DNA of 64,000 nt from NCBI GenBank assembly GCA_963817895.1, contig CAWFQB010000010.1:1-64000 (forward strand), read 5' to 3'. The notes below the pieces were generated by a model, which saw only the letters and a program-made list of their open reading frames with translations, was not told the DNA's origin and made no database searches. A program made the position numbers and the translations under genes. Origin of the DNA: an uncultured Chthonomonadaceae bacterium (GTDB lineage: Bacteria; Armatimonadota; Chthonomonadetes; Chthonomonadales; Chthonomonadaceae). This document shows positions 10,801 to 20,048 of the stretch, one piece after another. How positions within the stretch are numbered: position 1 is the first letter of the stretch; each line of letters starts with the position of its first letter.

Positions 10801-10933
10801 GCAAGCAATGGCGGCGGTGCGCGGCAGCGCGAAGACCAGCCATCCCTACTATTGGGCGGCGTTCTTCCTCATGGGCAACCCCGACAACGCTAATCTCGCA
10901 GCGCCAACGGCCATCAAACAGGCAAAGAAGTAA
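7877..10933 (+). CDS. TPR-repeat CHAT-domain (caspase-like) protease
   Basis: Signal peptide; 40-41 aa repeats; ISPDGPLWNLPF, LHLATHG, VLSACETG, SQWQVND, HPYYWAAF. Confidence 0.92.
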   Translation: MRAATPMTIFVCLLCLCLQLLPAGAQTPVEPSAPQPSAAVQTLLDAVNKSLQEQKLEEALKAAEQALMTAQMTHDIVGEARAFRGKAIVLTRLSRLTDAVTTWKEATSVWARVGDGPGQVEGLGQMGGLLMAMRSEEATGLLERALIIGKIETKRPQAAATELNGAGIMLSNLGKLKEAHIFFAYALTIIEKLAPNSLDVAAGLNNLGIVSDEQGDLAAAADYYKRSLALREKLAPNSLDVAASLNNLSAVARGHGDLAAADYLKRALEIHEKLAPNSLVVAASLNNLGAVAKEQGDLAAAADYYKRSLALREKLAPNSLDVAASLNNLSAVAENQGDLAAAADYFKRALAIQEHLAPNSLDVANSLNNLSFVAAINGNLVAAEDYLKRALAIQEKLGTNSLAVALSLYNLGITAKQRGDLLTAVKRAQQAWNIVRQQAQFVSGDEERQAFGAAYATYAVHLLQHQIATKKPEAVQDAFLTLEQGHAQALQQLLVERRVFAGTKKNPLWNAYELAVHQRDRALSASSEASVRQSRATTALAVAKELGTHTTPAEMTRLETALREAVTHFDTAQSAYVQARLKAENAWKQIKIANPRAFIPERSVSELQQALPPKTLFVAFSVGDRQSHVFLARSTGAVQAFVLPIKSKDLTQQIADLRADLTDPHSDAARLTARSHRLFALLFPPPVQKEIAGSSRLLISPDGPLWNLPFGALVVSSATGSKNGKTSMSDYLGALKPLCYTQSLSVFAQARQDKHSLTRGQKPVALVLGDPLFTHPAQVIVASNAPAVSRPTDPTRALHGERGYLWDKSAPPQRLEKTKEEALAIAKLYNTTPLLGEQATEAELRKHIEQADILHLATHGYFHPKIAMASGLLLTPPAIEPPIGETDNDGALQAWEIFSQLHLRAELAVLSACETGLGRNVTGEGVIGLTRALQYAGCRSIVASQWQVNDASTATLMTALHRNLRAGLAKDEALRQAMAAVRGSAKTSHPYYWAAFFLMGNPDNANLAAPTAIKQAKK
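8447..9120 (+). repeat. Intragenic tandem TPR repeats (about 123 bp unit)
   Basis: EKLAPNSLDVAASLNNL... occurs 5-6 times; 8516-8632 matches 8759-8875 at DNA level. Confidence 0.85.
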
Positions 10934-10967
10934 ACAAATCAAAGAGTCGCATCGAAGGAGAACGCGG

Positions 10968-11528
10968 ATGACGGAGCGTGAAAAGATGCTGGCGGGAGAG
11001 TTGTATCTCGCGTCCGACCCGGAATTGACGGCAGGACGGCAACGCGCCCGACGACTGACGCGCCTGTACAATGCGACAACGGAAGAAGAGGAGGTCACGC
11101 GAACGCAAATCTTAGAGGAATTATTCGGCAGCGTGGGGAATGGAGCGTTTATTGAGACGCCGTTCCGCTGCGATTACGGCGACAACATTCAGGCCGGGAC
11201 ACGATTTTACGTGAATTTCGGGTGCATCATTCTGGACTGCGCGCCAGTTCGTATCGGCAATGATGTGAAGTTCGGGCCGAACGCGCAGATTTACACGGCT
11301 TACCATCCCGTTGATGCGCAGACGCGCATTGCCGGACCGGAACTCGCCGCGCCCATTACCATCGGGGATCGCGTATGGCTTGGCGGGGGCGTGATTGTCT
11401 GCCCCGGCGTCACCATTGGCGAGAATACAACCATCGGCGCGGGCAGCGTGGTCACAAAAGACATTCCCGCTAATGTTGTCGCAGTGGGCAATCCCTGCCG
11501 CGTCCTCCGGCAACTCGACTCTGATTGA
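10968..11528 (+). CDS. maa: Maltose/sugar O-acetyltransferase
   Basis: MTEREKMLAGELY, PFRCDYGDNI, hexapeptide repeats, VAVGNPCRV. Confidence 0.9.
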   Translation: MTEREKMLAGELYLASDPELTAGRQRARRLTRLYNATTEEEEVTRTQILEELFGSVGNGAFIETPFRCDYGDNIQAGTRFYVNFGCIILDCAPVRIGNDVKFGPNAQIYTAYHPVDAQTRIAGPELAAPITIGDRVWLGGGVIVCPGVTIGENTTIGAGSVVTKDIPANVVAVGNPCRVLRQLDSD

Positions 11529-11534
11529 GGCACT

Positions 11535-12170
11535 ATGGCGCTATGTTTTCAGGTTGGCACGTTTGCTTACGCTTGGGAGTCGCCTTATAATGAACAGCTT
11601 GCAAACGCGGTGACAGAGGCATTAGGCTACGTCTGTACGCCGGTTGATAACTACTTCCCCGGCTATTTTTCTGAAGACCTCGCGTGGAGCGGCTGGAAAC
11701 AATTGCAGGATGCGGCGGCTTCCGTTATAGGGCGGAAGGCTACGCCGCACTTGCAGGCAGTGGAAGCATGGAAAGGCGTTTATCTGCCCCTTGACCTTGC
11801 GCCCTGCGAAGTTTATGATAAGTTTAACCCAAGTTGCTACCTCGAACCGTATTTGAGATAGCAGCATACCGAAAGTAGCATTTTGCGCCTACAGCTGTGA
11901 GATTGAGAAATCAAGGTAGCAACTTGGGTTAAGTTTAATGATACGCCGTTGCGTTGTGGAAGCCTGTTCCGCCTGATTGAAGAATTGGAACGGTTTGCAG
12001 CCGCTTCATTGCTGCCGACAGAGGAGGTCGGATTGACAGCGCGTTACCAAATCTACATGGATGTTGATGATCTTGTTGATGCTGACATGGAGATACAGAC
12101 TTACATTCAGGTATTGCTGGCAGCGCGCGTTGCCGTAAGACAAAATTTGCCGTTGTGGGTTGTCAAGTAA
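11535..12170 (+). pseudogene. Hypothetical protein interrupted by a MITE
   Basis: ORFs 11535..11861 and 11949..12170 share a frame; removing the element plus one TSD copy gives ...YDKFNDTPLRCG... Confidence 0.8.
11827..11929. mobile_element. 103-bp MITE, IS982-like ends
   Basis: 16-bp perfect TIR ACCCAAGTTGCTACCT; 8-bp direct repeat TAAGTTTA at 11819-11826 and 11930-11937. Confidence 0.85.
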
Positions 12171-12198
12171 ACACCGGGTTGGTTCAAAGGAGAAACAC

Positions 12199-13143
12199 AT
12201 GATTCCGAAAAGGTTTGTTTCCATACCTGCGAAATGGCGCAGATGGTCAAATGTTTGTTGGCTTGCCGCTCTCACAGCGGTTGCGTTTTTGCCCACTGTG
12301 GCGAACGCGCAGGACGGGACCGATGCCGCGCCGCAAGTGGTGAATTTGTGGCCTGCCGGATCGCCGACATTGCAGGGGGCGAGCGAGAAGGAGTTGCTTT
12401 CGCCGCCCGATGCGCAGCCGGGGCAGCGCATCAACTCCATCAAGAACGTGCATACCCCGTCTATCGAAGTCCATCTGGCTCCGGCAGATAAGGCGACGGG
12501 AACAGCCATCATTGTCGCGCCGGGGGGCGGACACTCGCAACTGGTATGGGGATCGGAGGGAACGGACATTGCCCGCTGGCTCAACACGCTTGGCGTATCC
12601 GCGTTCATATTGAAGTACCGGCTGGCGCAAACGCCCAATTATCACTACACGGTAGAGGGGGAAGCGCTTCAGGATACGCAGCGGGCCGTTCGCATTGTCC
12701 GCGCCCGCGCCAGAGAGTGGAACGTGAAACCGGACAGGGTTGGCATTTTAGGGTTTTCGGCAGGCGGCGCGTTGGGGGCGTTAGCGGACATTCGCTTCGA
12801 CAAAGGCAACGCCGGCGCGCCCGACCCGATCAATCAGCAGTCGTGCCGCCCGGATTTTATCGGCCTTGTCTATCCCGGTTGGGCGCCGATGGATATTACG
12901 GCTCCCGCAGACGCGGCTCCCGCCTTTCTCACCAGCGCGGGCAAGGACGACGCTTTTCACGCCCGACAAACCGTAGAGTTCTACAACTCGCTGTTCAAGG
13001 TGGGAGTTCCCGCCGACCTGCACATCTACAGTCACGGTGGACACGGCGGCGCGATCAATCCGCGCAAGGGGATTCCGTTCGGAACATGGCACCTCCGGTT
13101 TCAGGAGTGGATGGCGGATTTGGGCCTGCTGACCAAAGCATGA
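12199..13143 (+). CDS. Secreted alpha/beta hydrolase (carbohydrate esterase-like)
   Basis: IIVAPGGG, LKYRL, GFSAGG nucleophile elbow, HGGHG; AAGGAG RBS. Confidence 0.88.
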   Translation: MIPKRFVSIPAKWRRWSNVCWLAALTAVAFLPTVANAQDGTDAAPQVVNLWPAGSPTLQGASEKELLSPPDAQPGQRINSIKNVHTPSIEVHLAPADKATGTAIIVAPGGGHSQLVWGSEGTDIARWLNTLGVSAFILKYRLAQTPNYHYTVEGEALQDTQRAVRIVRARAREWNVKPDRVGILGFSAGGALGALADIRFDKGNAGAPDPINQQSCRPDFIGLVYPGWAPMDITAPADAAPAFLTSAGKDDAFHARQTVEFYNSLFKVGVPADLHIYSHGGHGGAINPRKGIPFGTWHLRFQEWMADLGLLTKA

Positions 13144-13149
13144 TGTAAT

Positions 13150-13299
13150 CTACTCTGCTTGATCTTCGTCTTCTTCGGGCGCAAAAATGGAGTCGAGGTC
13201 TCGCGCTCCATGCAGGACGCGAAGTATATCCAGACGTTCTGGTGTCGCCCGATAGAAGATCAAGTAGCGTTCAAATCCGGGTACAGCCCATCTCCTCAT
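13150..13299 (-). pseudogene. C-terminal half of a ParE/RelE-family toxin
   Basis: Hand translation MRRWAVPGFERYLIFYRATPERLDILRVLHGARDLDSIF; in-frame stops just upstream. Confidence 0.75.
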
Positions 13300-13317
13300 G
13301 CCAGCTTATGTACCGCA

Positions 13318-13611
13318 TCAACTGCTACTTTCCATTACATTGCGCTGTGCCGCGCGTTCGCGCACTTCTCGCCGAATGTCTTCCCAATCTTGGTCTGTCA
13401 TGGGTACCCCTTCGCCTTCAAGACCTTGCAGCAACAATGCCTCCAACTCAGCCTGATTATGGAAGGTAACAGACAAATTGGGAACGTCGTTATCCTCTTC
13501 CTCCGTGGAAACAATCAACTGAAGTCTTTTGTCGCCAAAACTGCCTGATTGCAGGTAATCCGAAATTTCTCTGGCTGTGCCTGCTACAATCTGTTCTTTC
13601 ACCTGTGCCAT
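13318..13611 (-). CDS. ParD-like antitoxin
   Basis: LEALLLQGLEGEGVPMTDQDWEDIRRE C-terminus; GGAGG RBS; TGCTATAAT at 13642-13650; precedes the ParE relic. Confidence 0.65.
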   Translation of the reverse strand: MAQVKEQIVAGTAREISDYLQSGSFGDKRLQLIVSTEEEDNDVPNLSVTFHNQAELEALLLQGLEGEGVPMTDQDWEDIRREVRERAAQRNVMESSS

Positions 13612-13710
13612 ATTCTTGAACCTCCAACTTGACATGTTCATATTATAGCACGGCTTTAGTGAAACGAAGCGGAGATTTGCGGCATGGAAAGCGGGTAGTC
13701 AGGAAAGCAA

Positions 13711-14658
13711 TCAGGCGAGTTCGCGGGAGCGTTGGGTGGCGGCTTCTACGGCGTCAATGAGGGCGGCGCGGACGCCGGAGTGTTCGAGGGAGGCAATCGC
13801 TTCTATCGTGGTTCCCGCCGGTGTCGTCACCATGTCGCGCAGTTGGGCGGGGTGCAGGCCGGTTTCAATCACCATTTGCGCCGCGCCTAAAACGGTTTGC
13901 GCGGCGAGTTTATACGCCACATCGCGGGGCAGGCCGACTTTGATACCGCCATCCACGAGGGCTTCGATCATCAGGTACACATACGCGGGGCCGGAACCGG
14001 AAAGCGCGGTCACGGCGTCCATCATGGTTTCGGGCACTTCCACGGCGTTGCCGACCGAGCGGAAAATCTCCGCCGCCTGCTCCGTGTGAATGGCTTCGGC
14101 GTGGGTTCCCGCGCAGTACGCGCACGCGCCCATGCCGACCTGCGCGGGCGTATTGGGCATGGCGCGAATAACGGGAACAGGGTCTTTGAGGTGGGATTCG
14201 ATTTTGGCGATGTGAACGCCGGCGGCAATGCAAATCAGGAGGGGCAGAGGCTTGCCGCCGTCCCGTTTCAGGGCGTCGGCGATCTCGTCCAGCACAAGGG
14301 CAACCGTAGGCGGCTTTACAGCCAGAATAATGATGTCGGTATATTTGCCGATTTGGGCGTTGTTGTCGGCGACTTTGATGCCCAGCGCCGTATGCAAATT
14401 CTGCACATGGTCGGCGTGAACGTCACTGACTACGATGCGGCGCGGGTCGGCGGCGTTGGCATTGATTAATCCGCGACACAAAGCGCTGCCCATCGCGCCC
14501 GCCCCGATGATGCCGATGCGCTTGTTTTGCAGCAGGGAAGCAGGCGTATTCCCAGCAACAGCCGGCGGGGCTGATGCGGGTGGGGCAGATTCAGGCGAGG
14601 AGACTTCCTGTTCTTCTTCTTCCGGCGTTTCAGTTTTTTCGGGAGGTCGTCGGGACAT
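13711..14658 (-). CDS. proC: Pyrroline-5-carboxylate reductase
   Basis: IGAGAMG, LAVKP, RAMPNTP, ALSGSGPAY, VTTPAGTT. Confidence 0.96.
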   Translation of the reverse strand: MSRRPPEKTETPEEEEQEVSSPESAPPASAPPAVAGNTPASLLQNKRIGIIGAGAMGSALCRGLINANAADPRRIVVSDVHADHVQNLHTALGIKVADNNAQIGKYTDIIILAVKPPTVALVLDEIADALKRDGGKPLPLLICIAAGVHIAKIESHLKDPVPVIRAMPNTPAQVGMGACAYCAGTHAEAIHTEQAAEIFRSVGNAVEVPETMMDAVTALSGSGPAYVYLMIEALVDGGIKVGLPRDVAYKLAAQTVLGAAQMVIETGLHPAQLRDMVTTPAGTTIEAIASLEHSGVRAALIDAVEAATQRSRELA

Positions 14659-14729
14659 AGGTTTGGTGTTCAGTATCAGGTATTGGGCTTCTAGTGTTTA
14701 CCTGGTGCCTAATATCTAATGCCTTCCGC

Positions 14730-15227
14730 TTATATTTCGCGCCCGTCGCTGAAGGCCATTGCGCGGCGGCTGGCGTTGGCGTTGGCGGCCATCGCGCCGT
14801 TGTCCACTTCGACCGAAACGTTGGCCGGGACGAACATATAGACTTTCTCGCCGATCCGCTCGACCGTGCCATCCAGCGCGTAGCAGACGCCGTTCAGAAA
14901 GTCAATAATGCGCTCGCCCATTTGTGGCGTGGCGCGTTCCAGATTGACGATCTGGTGTTCGCCGGCTTTGAGGCCATCGGCGGCCACTTTGGCGTCCTCG
15001 AATACCTGCGCGTTCAAGCGCACGGCGACGCGGCCCGCCCGCGTCGCTTGCAACCGCAGGGGAGCCTGCTGCCGTCGCGCCTGCGCGTTGCCATCGGGAT
15101 GCGGCGCGGCAGTCGCGTCCATCTCCTCGTCTTCGGGGTCTTCCGTGCCAAGCAGCCCGTTTTTAATGCGCGTCCAGATACTGGGCCGCTCCTGCTCGTA
15201 TTCTTCGGGAATAGGTTGTGGGTTCAC
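14730..15227 (-). CDS. sepF: Cell division protein SepF
   Basis: IVNLE...RIIDFLNGVCYALDG; located between yggS and proC. Confidence 0.92.
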   Translation of the reverse strand: MNPQPIPEEYEQERPSIWTRIKNGLLGTEDPEDEEMDATAAPHPDGNAQARRQQAPLRLQATRAGRVAVRLNAQVFEDAKVAADGLKAGEHQIVNLERATPQMGERIIDFLNGVCYALDGTVERIGEKVYMFVPANVSVEVDNGAMAANANASRRAMAFSDGREI

Positions 15228-15242
15228 CGCTTTATTTCCTCC

Positions 15243-15930
15243 TTACGTTCGCTGTCCAAAAATCGCCGTGCCAATGCGGACGTGGGTTGCGCCCTCTTCG
15301 ATGGCTGTTTCAAAATCGCCTGTCATTCCCATAGAAAGCGTCTGCTGACATTCCGGCGGCAACTGCGCGTACAGGGCGCGTAACTGTTGGAAATAGGGGC
15401 GGACTTCATCCGCGCTCAGGCCGAAGGGAGCCATGCCCATCAAGCCATGCAGTTCCAATCCCGGCATCTGCCGAATAGCGGCGGCTTCTTCCAATACACG
15501 TTCCGGCATAAAACCGAACTTGGCCGGTATCGGGTCTAATTTTACTTCCAGCAGAATGCGCGCACGTTTGCCCTTTGGCCTGCGCCCGGCGCGCGATTTC
15601 ACGCGCCAATCCCGCCGAGTCAATGCTCTCAATTACATCGAAACGCCCTACAACTTCGCGGGCTTTGTTGCTTTGCAAATGCCCGATGAACCGCCAGATC
15701 GCATCCGGCCAGTCGAGATCAGGATTTTGCCGTTTGCCCAACGCTTCCTGAACATAATTCTCCCCAAAATGGCGAACCCCGGCCTGATACGCCTGTACGA
15801 CAAAGTCAGGCGGCTGCGTCTTGGTGACGGCGATCAGCGTGACCGCATCGGGCGCGCGTCCCGCGCGTTCGCAGGCTTGCGCCATGCGTTCGCGCACCCG
15901 TATAATGTTGTCCGCAATCTGGCTCAGACC
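15243..15930 (-). CDS. yggS: YggS/PROSC PLP-binding protein (frameshift near 15575; start uncertain)
   Basis: LIAVTKT, FGENYVQE, FIGHLQSNK, GLMGM, LSMGMTGD, VRIGTAIFG. Confidence 0.92.
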
Positions 15931-16220
15931 GGCAGTGTCCCTCCGACGCGAACCTGCGATGCAAACAGGAAAGAACGCTGCATCGCCGCGCCGTCAAGCA
16001 AACATTTCCACGCTTGCGCGAGTCTAGGCGTAGCCAAAAAGTCCTGTTTTTGCCCTATATGTGTAGATTGTTTAACAGTTTAGCAGATTTGCGACTCACG
16101 CGCAAGAGTTTACGCGCAAATTTTTACAATTATTTCAGATTTTTTTGCGTTTGTTGCGAATTATAGCGCTTTGCTGCGGTTTCGGGGCGTTTTGCGAATC
16201 GCTAGCGGTAGAGTAGGAGG

Positions 16221-16305
16221 AGATACGAGATACTAGATACTAGATACGAGGAGATGCAAATGGAAGTCGTCCTTCTCCTTAATCTCGTATCTCGTATCTT
16301 CCCTA
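16221..16305. repeat. Heptamer repeat hairpin (AGATACG/CGTATCT)
   Basis: agatacgagatactagatactagatacgag ... ctcgtatctcgtatct. Confidence 0.75.
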
Positions 16306-16307
16306 TC

Positions 16308-17171
16308 CTACCTGCCGAAGCGGGGGCCGGGGCCGAAGTGTGGCTGCGGCATGGGCGGCGGACTGAAATGCGACTGCGGCATCATGGGCTGCGGGAAGCG
16401 CGGCTGACTGTAGCCTCCATAGGGGCCACCCGAATACCCCGACGGGCTGCTCTGATAGGAGGGCGTTGGCGGCGTGTACGTGGAGGGCGCGTATGTCGGC
16501 GCGGGCATCGTCGGCATCATGGGCGCAGGCGCAGCGAAGTGGGTGGTCGTGGTGGGCGTGTAGGTTTGCGTGGTTCTGTCCTCATGATGCGAACCCCAGT
16601 AGACGCCGCGCCCTATCGCGGAAATGATAAAGACGAGCCGCCACCAGGGAAACACGCCGCCAAATGCCGAACCGCCGGAAGACCGGGGCTGTTTAGCGGG
16701 CGGGGGCGGCGGGGCCATTGGCCTGCCCGTATATTGAGGAGGCGCGTACCCACCCGGCGTACCCGCTCCGCCCGGATAAGGATACATACCGCCATTGGGC
16801 TGTCCGGCAGGAGGGTTGGGATAGGGCGGCATCCCGACGCCGGGTTGTGGCGCATAGCCATTGTGGGACAGGGGCGGCGCGTAAGCGGGCGGAGGAGCGC
16901 CCTGTGGCATGGGCGGCGCATACGCGGGCGGAGGAGCGTTCTGCGGCATAGGGGGGGCGTAACCGGGCATGGGGGCTGCGCCATAATGCGCGCCCTGAGC
17001 CGGGGGAACAGGCTGCGATCTGGGAGCCGACAGGGGAATCGCGCTCGGTATGGCAGCCCCCGGAGCGGACGACACCGGCGCGCTAAGGGTGGGAAGCGGC
17101 GTCAGACAGGTCGGACAGGTTTTGCGCGTGGTCTCATCCACCTGACTGCGACATCGGGAACATTGCGTCAT
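16308..17171 (-). CDS. Zinc-ribbon, Pro-rich membrane protein
   Basis: CSRC...CPTC N-terminus, Pro/Tyr-rich repeats, one TM segment. Confidence 0.7.
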   Translation of the reverse strand: MTQCSRCRSQVDETTRKTCPTCLTPLPTLSAPVSSAPGAAIPSAIPLSAPRSQPVPPAQGAHYGAAPMPGYAPPMPQNAPPPAYAPPMPQGAPPPAYAPPLSHNGYAPQPGVGMPPYPNPPAGQPNGGMYPYPGGAGTPGGYAPPQYTGRPMAPPPPPAKQPRSSGGSAFGGVFPWWRLVFIISAIGRGVYWGSHHEDRTTQTYTPTTTTHFAAPAPMMPTMPAPTYAPSTYTPPTPSYQSSPSGYSGGPYGGYSQPRFPQPMMPQSHFSPPPMPQPHFGPGPRFGR

Positions 17172-17227
17172 TGAGACGTTTTCCTTTCTGCGATTATTCT
17201 ACGATTAGAGGTTGGGATACGGAGAAA

Positions 17228-18177
17228 CTATCGTTTGCCGCCCATTTTGCTCATCATGCCGCCGGCTCCGCCAGTAAACGGGCTGTCTTTGGACACCTTC
17301 CAGATGCCATTGAAATTCTTCATGGGCAGGTCGAATTTCTGATCAATATCCTGCGGCTTTTGCCCTCCGAAGGGCATAGCAAAAGAACCACTGACGGTGA
17401 CAGGCACACTTGCCTCATTCATGCCATTGTATTTGGGTTCCCCCGCCTTAAACTGTATGTTGGCTAACATGTTTGTAACCATGTCCTTCATGCCGGGAAC
17501 TTTGCTTTGCTCGTCCGTAGTTTTCTGGATGAAATCCTCTTCGCTTTTGTACTTGTCGGCATCCACTTCCGTCGTGTCGTACATGCCTTTCGCATTCAGC
17601 GTTTTGACACATTCGAGGAATTTCTGCGCCTGGTCTTTGGGATTGGTGCGGTGCATCCAGAACCACCAGCCGCCCCCGGCGCCGCCAAGCACGGCGAGAA
17701 CCATGACAATCGCGCCGATGCTCGGCCCGGAGCGTTCGGCCTTTTCCGCCACGCGGGGCGCGCCGGCGGAGGGACGCGCCTGATACTGCGAATTGCCGGC
17801 AACCGGCGCGTTTGACATGGGCTGCGGAGCCTCGATGATCTCCCCGGACAGCGTCATGCGCTGATTGGCTTCCATGCGAGGGGCGGCGGTCGGCATACTC
17901 GACGGCGCGGTGGGCATGGCGCGAACAGTCGGCATCGGGTTCTGTCCCGCGTTGAGGGAGGCGACGACGGAGGGCGTCCGGGGGCGCGAGCGGCATCACG
18001 CCGCCGGGTTGGGAGCGCGTAGCCGGGTTGCGGGGTGACGGGAGCGGGTGACGCGGCGGGAGCAGACGGCGCGGGTTGGGCCGAGGCTCCCGGTACGGGC
18101 AGCGGCGTAAAGCACAGCGGGCAGGTTGTGCGCGTGGTTTCATCCACGGGCTGTGAACAGCGGGGGCAAATGACCAT
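17228..18177 (-). CDS. Zinc-ribbon, Pro-rich membrane protein with extracytoplasmic domain (frameshifted)
   Basis: MVICPRC...CPLC in one frame; TM and C-terminal domain in ORF 17228..17935. Confidence 0.65.
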
Positions 18178-18275
18178 TGGGGTTCCTTCTGACGACAAGA
18201 GGATGCGATGACAACAGGAAAACAGAACCGACTAAGACAGGACCGCGCAAACATAATGGGAACGATTTACGCGCT

Positions 18276-18822
18276 TTACCAGGGATCGCTGGGCGGGTTA
18301 GCCGTTTGTTTCAGCATGTTCGACAGGTCGGATTGCGACAGCAGCACTTTCCACGCGCCCGAAGCGTCTTTATGCAGGACGTACTTGTCTATAACGGTGA
18401 CAACGGACCCGTTGTCGGTCAGTTCCTTGCCCGCCTGCCCACGCATCTGAACGGTTGCCATGATGCTGAGAGTGTCGGGGGCTTTCGGGTCGGGAACCGG
18501 CTTGGCGAAGTTGGAACCCATGATGCGCTCTGTATAACCGCGCGCCCATTTACAGGCATTTTCGTACTTCCTTGCGGTTGTCAATTCTTTTTTGTCTTTG
18601 TCGTCCACGAGGGCGTATTGAGCTTCCACGTTGCCGGATTTGATGGCGCCGATGTACTGGCCGAGAACATAGCCGGGGGAGTGCTTGTAGTCCACAAAAT
18701 AGTACTTCAGCGCCAGAAGGCCGATGATTCCAAGAACGATGAAAATGCCTGTTTCCGACATTTTCATGGACGTGCCCGACGCCTTCGCCGCGCGGCTTTG
18801 ACCGGCCCATCACTTTCGCCAT
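18276..18822 (-). CDS. Membrane-anchored hypothetical protein (NTF2/DUF4878-like; possible 5' frameshift)
   Basis: N-terminal TM; ends YVLHKDASGAWKV. Confidence 0.65.
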
Positions 18823-18970
18823 AACTCTGCTCCTTCTACATGCAAAACAAACCGCTGCAAAGGGGGTGATTTTTGCATGGCCTGCCCCGCGCGCTTGTCG
18901 CCGCAGGAAAAATCATGTTATAGTATAACGCATTTTATGCCGTTCTCAATACGAAAAACAAGGAGTTGCT

Positions 18971-20048
18971 ATGACTGCCGCCACAATTCGCCCTGTTTTC
19001 GCTTCCGCGCGCCCTTTGTTGCTCGACACGGACATCGGCACGGATATAGACGATGTATATGCCCTGATATGCGCGGCCATCAGCCCGGAATTTATTTTGA
19101 AGGCGGTCACGACTGTCAACAACGACGTTGTTCTCCGCGCCCGCATCGCGCGGCAGCGTTTTGAACCTGATGGGGCGGACGGATGTACCCGTAATTGTCG
19201 GCATCGGGCCGAGCCTGACTCCGGGCGAACATCGCGGCTGGGGCGGTTATGAGGGCGAGGGAATAGACTTATCTGAGCGTACCCACGTCCGAAGAGGCAA
19301 ATGCCGCGAACGAGAAAAGCGGCGTTGGCATTACGGCAAAGCGGAAACGCGCAGGCTAAACAGGGGGTAATTGAAAACGGCGACGCCCCACGCCGGATCG
19401 CGGAAATCGCGCAGCAGTGCCATGAGGCGGGAACGCCGCTTACGGTTTGCCCCATCGGAGCCATGACCAATTTAGCAATCGCCCTGCGCGAGTACCCGGA
19501 ACAAACTCGGAAAATTGGGCAGATCATCGCAATGGCGGCGGACTTCGGCGGGTACGGCGCGGAAAACGCCCGAACGGAACACAACATCGCCTGCGATCCC
19601 GTTGCCGCGCAGGTGGTGCTGCAATCCGGGCTGCCCATCACGCTTGTCGGCCTGAACGTCACCAAACAAACCGCCATGACGTTGGAAGAACGTGGAAGCG
19701 CTGGAAGCGATTGGCGGGCCGCTGGCAGACGCCGTTGCGGGGATGCACCGCGTCTGGTTCGAGCATATCCGCAATACGCGCTCGCCCATGCACGACGCGC
19801 TTACACTGGCGCAGCAGATTGACCCCGCCATCCTCACCTTTGCCCCCGCGTATTGCAGCGTCGGAACGCAGAGTCATGACATTGGGCAAAGTGACGTATC
19901 TGGAGGGCAATCCCATTGACGCTTCCACGCAGGAGGACGCGCTGCTGTCGCCCCCCTGTCAGGTCGCGCTCACCGTAGACGCGCCCCGCTACCATGCCCT
20001 GCTGCAAGCGCGAGTTCAGGAAGCGGTTCGCAGGCGCGCGACCGTTAA
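18971..20048 (+). CDS. Inosine/uridine-preferring nucleoside hydrolase (frameshifted; 3' end approximate)
   Basis: LDTDIGTDIDD, IGAMTNLA, EHNIACDP, VGLNVT, MHDAL. Confidence 0.85.

Noticed and set aside
13629..13640. TTGACATGTTCA resembling the XRE palindrome
   Set aside because: Short match that could arise by chance; no other support for co-regulation
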